From positions 5,169 to 69,168 of IMG/VR virus record IMGVR_UViG_3300046714_000544: DNA of 64,000 nt, one strand, 5' to 3'. Positions 49,382 through 58,742 of this stretch are shown one piece after another; within the stretch, counting starts at the first letter, position 1; each line of letters opens with the position of its first letter. The DNA is from a virus. The position numbers and the translations under genes are program-made. Below the pieces are notes generated by a model, which worked only from the letters and a program-made list of their open reading frames with translations, was not told the origin of the DNA and made no database searches.

Positions 49382-49636
49382 TCATATCAACTCCCACACA
49401 GACAACTTCGCGTCGATCTCGCGGATATCGGAGGCGGCGTCCTGAACACCGTGCCAGTCGCCCACGGACAGCTTGGACTTGAGGTACTCGACCAAGATGT
49501 GCTTCTCCGCGAGTAACTCTGCCGACTTATCAGACTTCCGCACCTTGTGGCGGTGCTGGAGGTCTAGTTGTTTGTAGTCTTCTTCATCCATCAGACTGGC
49601 AGTCTCCAAAGCGTCGTCCCGGGGAGCTGCTTCCAC
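49382..49636 (-). CDS. Hypothetical protein (DWHGVQDAASDIREI motif)
   Basis: Recurrent small phage-protein motif. Confidence 0.55.
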   Translation of the reverse strand: MEAAPRDDALETASLMDEEDYKQLDLQHRHKVRKSDKSAELLAEKHILVEYLKSKLSVGDWHGVQDAASDIREIDAKLSVWELI

Positions 49637-50034
49637 CCCACCTTCTCCAGGATGTGGTGCTGCTTGACGTTCGAGGGGGCGACGCGACAGATGACCTCAG
49701 GAGTGTATTCCTTCGGATACTCATCCAGACGTCGGTATTCCTGAAACCCTTGCGCCCTGAGGTCAGCCAGGCACTTTCCTACCCCCTTGTCGATACAGTC
49801 CCAGTTAACATAGGCACCGGAGACCACGAAAAGGGCCGCAGTGTAGCCAATCTCCCAACCAGCGAACGAGAGGCCGTGTTTGTATTTGGGAGAGCGGACC
49901 TGGAACTGCCAAACCTGCTGCTGCTCGTACTTATGAACGATGTCGAGTTCGGCGTCCTTCAGAAGATCCGGGCACCGTTCCTTCTTCCGCCTCTCCCACA
50001 GCCCAAGGATTACGTTACCGATGTCGAGACTCAT
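49591..50034 (-). CDS. GNAT-fold-like protein
   Basis: KGVGK..L, RVAPSN...ILEKVGW resemble GNAT motifs A/B. Confidence 0.5.
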   Translation of the reverse strand: MSLDIGNVILGLWERRKKERCPDLLKDAELDIVHKYEQQQVWQFQVRSPKYKHGLSFAGWEIGYTAALFVVSGAYVNWDCIDKGVGKCLADLRAQGFQEYRRLDEYPKEYTPEVICRVAPSNVKQHHILEKVGWKQLPGTTLWRLPV

Positions 50035-50533
50035 GACTTCTCCCCCCTGGTCAACAACACCGACGTTGACGACAACAACCGCCGGCCCCTCGCGCGGACT
50101 GCTTCCACATGACGGTCCATCGCGGTCTTGGAAGAGGGGAAGATCAGCAGTTTCCCCCTCTTCACCGCATCCTCCTTCGCAGGAGGGCAATCGGGCACAT
50201 GCATCCCCACGCTGATCTCCTCCAGGGTGCGGAGAGGGAGTCGGCAGGCGGCGGCTAGGCAGTATTCCATTTCCTCCATCTCCATCCCTTGAACTCGATG
50301 TTCATGAAGGGAAGATGAATGCGCAGTCCCCCCAGATAAGCCAGCCCGATTGTGCAGTCGCCCAGGTCGATGGTGAAGTTGACCCGCCGGCCGATCCAGC
50401 ACCAGTAAGGTAGCATGATCTTCTCCTCCCCACCTCTTATGGGTGTAGCAAAAGTCCGGCATCTCCCAAGGTGTGAAGTCTCCGTAGATGCACTTACACC
50501 TTGGGTTGGGCTGTTTACCGCAGCACCAGCAGA

Positions 50534-50917
50534 CTATGGAAGCAACTTCACAAGAGGAATCCCATTCGCGCCCGATGGGATGTAGATCTGGGTGTGATTC
50601 GGGCTCCCCGCCATCTTCTCCTGCGCGATGATCGCCTCGTGCTGGAGGTACTGATCCGTCAGGGTTGCGTTGATGATGTGCTGGGCGGCACTGATTCCCT
50701 CCGCCTCCTGCACCCTGATGGCGGCCTTCTGCTTCTCCACCTGGATCAGCTGCTCGGATTGCTTGATCTTGATCTCGTTGATCAGGACCTGATTGTTGGC
50801 GTTCTCCCGATCCTGGTAGCGGCTGTAGGAGGGGATGCCGAATGCAAGGCCACCGACGAGGACAATGATGGCCAGGACGATGAGAGTGATTGCCGGAGCG
50901 GCGCTCTCGTCCCTCAT
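50534..50917 (-). CDS. SPFH/band-7-related membrane protein
   Basis: N-terminal TM; RVQEAEGI..AQHII..TLT..YLQ..IYIPSGANGIPL. Confidence 0.65.
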   Translation of the reverse strand: MRDESAAPAITLIVLAIIVLVGGLAFGIPSYSRYQDRENANNQVLINEIKIKQSEQLIQVEKQKAAIRVQEAEGISAAQHIINATLTDQYLQHEAIIAQEKMAGSPNHTQIYIPSGANGIPLVKLLP

Positions 50918-51411
50918 GCCGCGAGCGCTTCTTTCACCAGGACCTCATACTTCGCATCCTCGGGATCGGATGGGTCGAAGGCCGAGGGCATATTCACCGT
51001 CTGGCCTGCACGAGCAAAACGGCGGAAGCCCTTCGTCTCCGGGAAGGGGTACTTCTCCAGGAACTTGACCGCCTGGTCCCACACCCGATCATTCGCCGTA
51101 TCGATCATGATGCTCCGGAGTTCCTTGAGGTAGAAGATTGGGGAGCCGGCCACGTCCGGGCAGCAGTAGCCCACGACCTTCCCGCTCGCCTTCATCTCCG
51201 CGAGCAGCTTGAGGGGGTCGACGTTGAGGACGCCGGCGAGGCCGTGCAGGGTCCAACGACGAGGCCGGCCTTTCTTGCCCGGCAACCCTCCACCGCTCGC
51301 GTAGGCGGCGGGGTTGAAGCAGCGCATCAGCTTCTCCCAACCGGGGATGGAGGACTTCTTCGACTTGGTGATGGTTCCGGCGACCGGCTTCTTCTTCTTC
51401 AACAGCGACAT
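50914..51411 (-). CDS. Hypothetical protein (possible HTH)
   Basis: WTLHGLAGVLNVDP; strong codon bias. Confidence 0.5.
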   Translation of the reverse strand: MSLLKKKKPVAGTITKSKKSSIPGWEKLMRCFNPAAYASGGGLPGKKGRPRRWTLHGLAGVLNVDPLKLLAEMKASGKVVGYCCPDVAGSPIFYLKELRSIMIDTANDRVWDQAVKFLEKYPFPETKGFRRFARAGQTVNMPSAFDPSDPEDAKYEVLVKEALAA

Positions 51412-52165
51412 TACTTGATCTCCCGATAGGTGGGCACGAGTGGAGGCAACTCGGGGCGTTGTGCCGAAACAACCCCGACGAGGGCGTAGATATAGATGGG
51501 TGTGGGATCTGTGTACACAGTGTTCTTGAGCTGTCTGCTGAGGGTATCCTTAGCAAGATTAACTGTTGTCGGTACATCCACGGCATGGCCGACAACCTGG
51601 CCATATTGGATCGCCACCCCGGTGTTGGTCACAGCGTCACCACCTCCACCCGGAAGCGGCTCTCGTGCTGCTGTTTGTGTTGGAGCACAAACTCCGAAAC
51701 TGTGCTGCATGCCGTGGTAGGTGATTTTACCGTCTCCCCTGAGTTCGGGGTGTTTCCCACAGGCGCAACCCTGCAATACCGATGACACCCGATCTCCACC
51801 TTTCTCTCCCCCTCGCTCAACGATTGCCAACGATCGGCGTCGGGGAGTTCACCCCTAAACCGCACCTGGTCATGCTCCCACTTCTTACACAGCGAACAGT
51901 AGGCGAAGTGGGACAACCCGCCGACGAGGTGATGGAAAAGGGTCACGATCGCCCTTCTCGGTGCTTTCTGATGTGACTGACTCAATTGGACTTCCCCTCT
52001 GGGGGAGTAGAAAGGGGCAGAAGGGTTGCTCTCCCTCTGCCCCATGAAATACAGTCCGATATGGGGTCCATCAGGGAAACTAAGGCCGCATCCTCTGAAA
52101 TCCTACTGATCGAAACGACTGTTTCCAGGGAGCGCCCCTGGTGGCGTTGCGGCAAAGCCGCGGGT

Positions 52166-52576
52166 TTACTTAAGCTGCTTGATCCACTCGCTGTAGGAGT
52201 CGGCCACCTTCTCCCAGTCCTGGCACGCCTCGGGCCAGCTGCCGGTGCCCTTCGGTTGGAGGGTGAAGTACCCTCCTGGACCACCGAAGTTCAGCCAAGC
52301 CCTCTGAAAGATGTCCACTGCATGCAGGGCAAGGGAGCAGACACCGGTCGGCTTGTGCCGCCAGACCTCGCCGTACTTGGGCAGGTCGGTGATCTTCTCG
52401 ACCACAAAGCAGGGGTAGGGAGCGTCCCAGCCGTACTCAACAACCTTCACCTCAGTTGGTTCGGCGATTTTCGGGTACTCCCAGCGTAGTGTGTTCTCCC
52501 CTCGTTTTGGGTACCGGTAGGCGACCAACCTCCATCCCTCCGGCACCTCGATCTCGACGGTCAGGGATTGCTTCAC
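52166..52576 (-). CDS. Hypothetical protein
   Basis: IEVPEGWRLVAYR.P..GE motif. Confidence 0.55.
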   Translation of the reverse strand: MKQSLTVEIEVPEGWRLVAYRYPKRGENTLRWEYPKIAEPTEVKVVEYGWDAPYPCFVVEKITDLPKYGEVWRHKPTGVCSLALHAVDIFQRAWLNFGGPGGYFTLQPKGTGSWPEACQDWEKVADSYSEWIKQLK

Positions 52577-53538
52577 TTCTTCATCTCCAATTTTGCGAGG
52601 ATGCCGAACAGAAGGCCCCAGGCGACAAAATCGCGCGGGGCCTTGGGATCGAGTGAGGCGATGAGGCAGAGGATGCTAATGACGTAGTAGGCGATCCCCA
52701 TCATGCCGCCACCCTCTGCTCTTCCCCGCTCTTGATGTAGGCGAAGAAGATGGACACCAGGCGGCCACCGTCCTTCTGCCTCTTCACCCTCTCGTACATC
52801 GTGGCCGTGAGGGGCTTGTCGTCCCCATCCTCCGTGTTGCTGACGACGGGTATGGCCTTTGGTTGCTTCATCTCAATCCTCCTTGTAGAGGAGAAGGAGG
52901 TCCGCCCTCACCTTCTCCTGAATTCCCGCGATCATCCTCACCGTTTCCGGCCCGTGGTGTTGGCTGTCGTGCCCGCAAAACTTCACCCGCATCAGCTGCT
53001 TGATGGCCTGGTCGGCGTTTCTCACCAGCAGTTCTCCGAGGGTGGCTCGTCTGCGCCGCCAGATGAGAAACATAGCTACGCGTCCATCCAGGCCAAGAGG
53101 TAGCCAATGATGCAGATGATCAGGGCAATGGTGCTTACAACAAGGAAGAGGGCGGCGAAGAATACAAGCATGCTCATGCCATCCTCCTGCCCTCGTACCG
53201 TGGCCGAGGTGTGGTAGTACCAGGGGACCCAGAGCCACCAGAGGAACAGAAGGATGGCTCCTAAGGACGGGAACACCACCAATCTCTTAGACTGTCGTGT
53301 CATCGAAAGTCTCCTATCATGGACGTCAAGTTGACATTGAGGGGGAAGTGTGCTAGCAGGAACAGCTAAAAAGGAGTAGCGATGGCCCCACTGCGACACT
53401 TGCAATCAGCCCTTGACCTTCTCCCAATGCCCCGACATCTCTCCCCAGACAGGCTTGATGAAGCGTTGACGAGGGCGGTTCTGCTTCCTCTCCAACCAGT
53501 GGAGCCGTGCCAGGGCGATGTTGGCCGCTCTCTGGCTC

Positions 53539-53925
53539 TCAGTCTTCGCGTTCATGATCTCTCCCCCTCAAAGATGCAGCTTGCTTTCTCAGGTGAAAGA
53601 TGCTGCATGGGTTACAACCAAGCACACCCCTGAGGCGTCCCCAAAGGCGGCAGTGTTCGTACAACCCCCCGAAATCGCCAGTGAGTCGTGTGAAGTCGGC
53701 AATCCCCGCCATCCTCCCCGCGATCCACAGGCAGATGAGTGTCCTCTCCCTTGTACCTATAAGGCTCTTATCATCCAGGAACCTGTTGAACGCTGGTGCG
53801 TAGATGCGGAGAAGGCGGAGCTGCCATTCGTAGCGAGAGGGGAAGGGCTTCTCTCCCTCACCTCTAGCGACGGCCTGGAATTCATGATACGCATTCCCGA
53901 GGTGGCGGAGGACAAGGTTTTTCAG
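53539..53925 (-). CDS. Hypothetical protein (128 aa) with CTG start, missed by the ORF track
   Basis: GAGGGGG SD; CTGA overlap with the upstream stop; the open frame MKNLVLRHLGNAYHEF... fills the gap exactly. Confidence 0.5.
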   Translation of the reverse strand: MKNLVLRHLGNAYHEFQAVARGEGEKPFPSRYEWQLRLLRIYAPAFNRFLDDKSLIGTRERTLICLWIAGRMAGIADFTRLTGDFGGLYEHCRLWGRLRGVLGCNPCSIFHLRKQAASLRGRDHERED

Positions 53926-54630
53926 CGTTCCCCCTCAATAGGCCGTCCCCGTGCGTCCTCATACGCCTTCCTCGCCGCCCGGGTTAGCGGGCTGGACATC
54001 CCATACTTCTTCCCAAGACGAATATACTCATCCCGTAACCTGTCGGTCTCCGTGGAGGCGAGCTTGAAATCGCGCGGGCTCATTGAGAGCCAGGCTGGGG
54101 GCTTGTGAGCGAAACCGCCTGAGGGCATCTCAACCTCCTATCGAACCAATGTAGAAGACCGGCGGGTAGACTTCCTTGAGCGCAAAGAGGAGGGTGCCGA
54201 CCTTCTCGCCAGGTCGTATTAGGCCAAAAGAGGCGCGGCCATTCCCGAACTCATCATAGAGTCTCTCCTCAGTCCACTCTGGATGCCCTATGAGGATGGC
54301 CATGATTTGCCAGCTGACTTTCTGCTCTATCACCTGCACTCCCAGCAAGGCTTCGACTTCAGGCAACAGGGTTGCAACTCCGGGCCGGAGAGGGTCATGT
54401 AGTTGATGGAGGATTCTTCCTTGAACTTCCTCACAGCTTCCCACCCGGCGGATAGCTGTCTATTGAGGGCGGATAGCTTTATCCGTTCCTGAAGCGAGAG
54501 CTTCGGAAGGTGGATGACGTCTGGCGCCATAATGTGTACCCCCTAAGACAACCTGTGTGGAACCGTCTCCGGTAGCGGACGGAGAAAACAATCGCCCACG
54601 GCTTGTGGCACCTGTGACAAAAACGCGGCG

Positions 54631-54885
54631 CTAGATCTCGTCGAACGGGTAGACATCCTTCACCCTCTCGTTGAAGAAGGCGGACGGGTCCTCCGTACTG
54701 GCCAGACCAATCGCAACATCCTCCGGCACATCGTAGTAGCAATACGACCTCCCGGAACGGAAGTCGATGTGAAGGTTGCCCTTCACCCAACCACTGGCGT
54801 CGTCACCCTCGGCGATGAAGAAGACCGTGTGCAGGTTGCTACTGTTGAGGGTGACTGGCCCTAGTTCGAAAATCTCCGCGGTCAT
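54631..54885 (-). CDS. KTSC-domain protein
   Basis: SSNL...LHIDFRSGRSYCYYDVP......L.S...S.FFNERVKDVY. Confidence 0.75.
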   Translation of the reverse strand: MTAEIFELGPVTLNSSNLHTVFFIAEGDDASGWVKGNLHIDFRSGRSYCYYDVPEDVAIGLASTEDPSAFFNERVKDVYPFDEI

Positions 54886-55320
54886 CGTCCACTCACTAGA
54901 TCGCCGATCAGGCCGCCGAAGTTGTTATCCAGGACCGCGATCGCGAGATAGAGAAGTCCGGCGGCGGTGAGGACTGCTAGGGTGAACCTTACGAATCTTT
55001 TCATCACTTCACCTCATCAACGCACAGAGTTGTGTTCTGGTCTGGTCTCAGGGACTGCTTGGCATCGTCCAATTCCCAAAGCGGCTGGTTACGACACGTA
55101 TAGCAGAGCGCGTTTGATGTTGCAGCCGTATCCTTGCCCGCGCAACCCTTGCACGATACTCGCCCATCCTTCAGCCTCTCCACCTCCGCCTGTAGTTCGG
55201 CGTTCTTGGCCAGCAACTCCGGGATGACGACAGAGGGGCAGGTGCTACCACAGGTAGCGTGCGGGTGACGTTGCTTGCATCCCTCCGCCGCCTCCCTCGC
55301 CCTCTCCGCTAGCGGCCTCA

Positions 55321-55698
55321 TCACTCAATGCTCCCGAAGATGGCGATCCTCCACGCCTCCTCGACGGTCAACCGCACCTGGGCCTCAGTGTCGCCGATGA
55401 TGACGGTGGCATCTTGGCCGGGGATGAGGAATTCCTCTCCGAGTCTGCGGGCGAGGAAGGCTTGGATCTCCCAAAAAGCGATTGGTTCGATGGTGAAGAG
55501 GTGGAGGGCGCTGGCGAGGGCCTCCTCAGCATCACATAATCGACATTTCTGCCCAGGTAGGGTGATCGGATCGCACCACAGGGGCCTGTTGTTCTCCGAG
55601 AGCCAGGAGGGCGGGAGGATCCGCGCGGCTTCCAGCAACATCTCCAACCCACCGCCTATGCGGCTGTCGTTGGCTGGTCCGACGAAATGTCGCGCCAT
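55321..55698 (-). CDS. Hypothetical protein
   Basis: AGGAG SD plus ATG directly after the ncRNA region. Confidence 0.5.
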   Translation of the reverse strand: MARHFVGPANDSRIGGGLEMLLEAARILPPSWLSENNRPLWCDPITLPGQKCRLCDAEEALASALHLFTIEPIAFWEIQAFLARRLGEEFLIPGQDATVIIGDTEAQVRLTVEEAWRIAIFGSIE

Positions 55699-55714
55699 CT
55701 GTTTCTCCTAGAGA

Positions 55715-56670
55715 AAGGCGTGCGGCCACCTGGCTGCCACCCCAGGATCACAGGCTCCCATAGCCTGGGTAATCGGCGCTTATACTATGGCCACGTTGGT
55801 TTGAAAGCAAGGAACAGGGTTACCCTCTTCGCTGCTTTCATATGAGAGGAGAGGGGAAGGCCGGTTCGCAAGGCCGGCATCCGAGCAGAGGGCTAAATGG
55901 GGTTTGCCCATGGCCATCCTCGTGCATTGAGGCAAATATGCTACTTCCCCCCGGACGACCCTAACGAACGTCGGAAAGAGGGCTGAGAGGATGATCCTCA
56001 GCGTTTAACACCTGGAGCATGCATCCAGTCGGGGCTATCTCCCCAACCTCTTCCCTTTACTACCTTAATCCACTATTGTGCACCACGCGACACCTCCGGG
56101 ACAGAAATCGGCCAATCGTCGGGCTTCGTTTAACCCACACCGAGTGGGCCTATACAGCCGCACGAGTTATAAGCTCGTCGCTGTTAGCTGGAGTCTTTAC
56201 ACCCGCGGCTCCCGGTGCCAGTGTGGGTACGCGCCTGGCTCGCGGTTAGCTTCTCGACACCCACTGTGAGCTAACAGACCTCCTGTTTCGCTTAGGTAGA
56301 ACGCGCTAACGACCCCAGACAGACTAGGGAGGTTTAACAAGCCTTCCCCTTCTTCACACGAAGATCACTCCGTGTTACGCTAGCACTTCGAAGATCACCT
56401 GCGGGCGATCCGTGCCCCATCCGCCGGTCTGTCAGCGGCGTAGAGTTGTTTTACCTCGGAAGAACGAGACAGCCGCAGTCACGACCTACGCGGCGCGCGC
56501 CTGATCAGCGTAGTGGGCTAAGCACCATGCCAATCCGGGACCTCCCCGCCTCGCGGTTAGGGGATGTCTCTCAAAATGGGGGCACGCCTGAAGGCAGTCC
56601 GGGCTCATCCTTGCAGATGAAGCAATCGGCCTCTCGCCTTCTATCGTAGGACGTGCGGCTGCGCTATAGC
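55715..56670 (-). ncRNA. Putative large structured non-coding RNA (~950 nt)
   Basis: No convincing minus-strand ORF in an otherwise packed arm; many hairpins and a long-range helix; G-U pairs mostly favour the minus strand. Confidence 0.55.
55721..55794 (-). ncRNA. tRNA-like cloverleaf (degenerate, TGG at the anticodon position)
   Basis: GTGGCCA/TGGCCGC acceptor, GTA/TAC D-stem, CAGGC-TATGGGA-GCCTG arm, CCTGG-GGTGGCAG-CCAGG T-arm; 74 nt; non-canonical loops. Confidence 0.6.
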
Positions 56671-57345
56671 TTCAGCCCCGTAGGCCGATGAGTTCGTTGT
56701 GCTCCTTGACCAAAAGGCGCGCAACATCTTCGGAGAGTCCCCCTACAACGATGCCGTGGGATTTCTGGCCATAGATCCAGTAGCCGTAGCCCAAAGCCTC
56801 ACAGTACCACATTTCCCGGGCCAAGGATTCACTCATGGCTTCTCCATAGCTGGTTAAAAAATGCGGCAGTTGGTGTAGACGAAACCCGAGTACACCGTTT
56901 GCCAACGCCAGAACGCTTGAAAGCCAGGTGCCCCATCGAAGACAATGATGTCTCCGTTATCGAAGACGTGAGCCATGGCTTCTCCTTGTAAGTTGTTGAT
57001 GGGGAAGGACTTAGACGGCTTCCTTACGCGCAATCTTCTCCGCGTCGTAAGCCCTATTGAACTGCCATTCCGCCCACTCCTGCAGAGAGAGGTAGAAGGA
57101 TGAGGGCAAGCGCTCGCCGCTGAGAGTCCAGTTGAAAAACTCATCCAGACACTTTCTGAAATCGTCCTTCGTAATCCTTGGATCGGGCATGAGCGGATAC
57201 CTCCGAGCGCCGTCCGTTTGGCGCGGAAATGGCAAAAGATCCGACAGCCTTGCGGCTTCGGATCCTTGAACGTCGGTAGACTGTTCGTGTCAGTCTATCT
57301 CAACCTATCCAGTCCCCTAAGTACTCTCACGCTTGACCGGCCGTC

Positions 57346-58347
57346 CTAGGCCGCTTGCTCCGTTGCTTCCGGCATGCCATCGTCCGTTGCCTGCGCCGCC
57401 GCCGCTGCTTCGTCGCCCGGAACGGGAGTGCTGTCCGTCTTGGGCGCGTCTTCCGTCTTCTTCTTGGCCGTCTTCTTCATCTCCGCGATCACGACAAGGG
57501 CCGTTGCGACGCCTTGCTTGGCACATTGCGGGCAAATCGGCCGTCCCATGAGGATGTTGCCCTCGGGGTCCGTCACGGCCATGATGCTGTCGGCTGAGGT
57601 AAGGCCGGTCGCCGTCTCGCTACTTGTGAGGATCTTGAGGTGCTTCTTGTAGGCGTCGTTCTCAGGGTCCGTCACGTGACCTGCGCAACCAACTGTGACT
57701 CGCTGATTGCCCTTGCCGTGGAAACCCACGCGCAAGGCGTTCATGTCAAAGTCCGGCGCTCCGATGCCGGCCATCGCGTTCCACAAGTCGGCGTATATCG
57801 TGCGTCCAGAATCGGCGGAGTAGACGTTGCTCGCGTTTTCGACCTTGGACAATCCGTGCTCTTTGGCCGATTCGGGCAACGCCTTGATCGCGTCCTTGCT
57901 CTCGCCGGCCGCGATGCGGAGTGCGGCGTGCGCCAAGGTTGCGAACCATCGCATCGGATCATTCCCGAGTACGACGGGGTTGACCTTGATGACGCGAGCG
58001 CCGTTGAACGTGAGGCCAAGCCCTTTCGCGTCGGGGCTTTCGGACGCGGTGCCGTTCGGTGGAATGAAGTAACCGCGCGGCTTGAACGTAACCTCTTTCG
58101 TCGTCGCGTCGGCCACCTTGGTTCCGTCCTGATACGCATACTTGACCGACGTTGCGCTCAGGTCAGGCGCCAGGATGACGGCTACCTTGCCGATGTTAAC
58201 GCCCAGTGTTGCGATGACGGCTTTCAGGGTGTCTTCGGCGTACAACTGAACGTCCGCGATGGTTTGCACCGCATACGTTCCCATCTTCTTGAGTTTGGCC
58301 GGGAGCGTCTTCGTCGGCCTCTCGACCGTCGTTGTTTGGTTCGTCAT
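57346..58347 (-). CDS. First early gene; degenerate SprT-like protein with zinc ribbon
   Basis: IKVNP..L...WFATLAHAALR (HExxH position degenerate); C-terminal VGC...ICPQC; strongly biased codons. Confidence 0.5.
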   Translation of the reverse strand: MTNQTTTVERPTKTLPAKLKKMGTYAVQTIADVQLYAEDTLKAVIATLGVNIGKVAVILAPDLSATSVKYAYQDGTKVADATTKEVTFKPRGYFIPPNGTASESPDAKGLGLTFNGARVIKVNPVVLGNDPMRWFATLAHAALRIAAGESKDAIKALPESAKEHGLSKVENASNVYSADSGRTIYADLWNAMAGIGAPDFDMNALRVGFHGKGNQRVTVGCAGHVTDPENDAYKKHLKILTSSETATGLTSADSIMAVTDPEGNILMGRPICPQCAKQGVATALVVIAEMKKTAKKKTEDAPKTDSTPVPGDEAAAAAQATDDGMPEATEQAA

Positions 58348-58742
58348 GTCTCTCTCGCTTCTGCCCCGTAGGGCCGTCTGTACAGAAAACCCCGTAACTT
58401 GTTGACAATCCCGGAATTGGGAAAGTCAATCAGTTACAGCCGTTCGTCCGTAAGTCGTTGAATCGAGAGTACTTAGGGGATGACGGACACTCCGTTGGCC
58501 GGCGCGAAACCGGTGCGCGAGTGGACGTCTGGATAGGTTGAGAAAGAGCGACACCTTTCCACGCGCTAGGCTTAAAACCGGTGGACCCCCGGCGGGCGCT
58601 AGACACGTGCGGCCGGTATACTGGCCAGAGCACGGGAGCGATGCTACATCTAGGTAGAAGATACGCCCCGAGGGCCGTCCTGTCCAGTCCCGATAGGCAA
58701 CATAGTGCACAATCGAACATGAAACGTTTTCATGGATAGGGC

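Noticed and set aside
55721-55794. Functional tRNA-Pro gene
   Set aside because: Lacks U33, the D-loop GG, the TTCR T-loop and CCA; reported as tRNA-like only.
55890-55915. c-di-GMP-I riboswitch (GGGCAAACC on the minus strand)
   Set aside because: The downstream GAAA/GGGACGCAAAG elements are absent.
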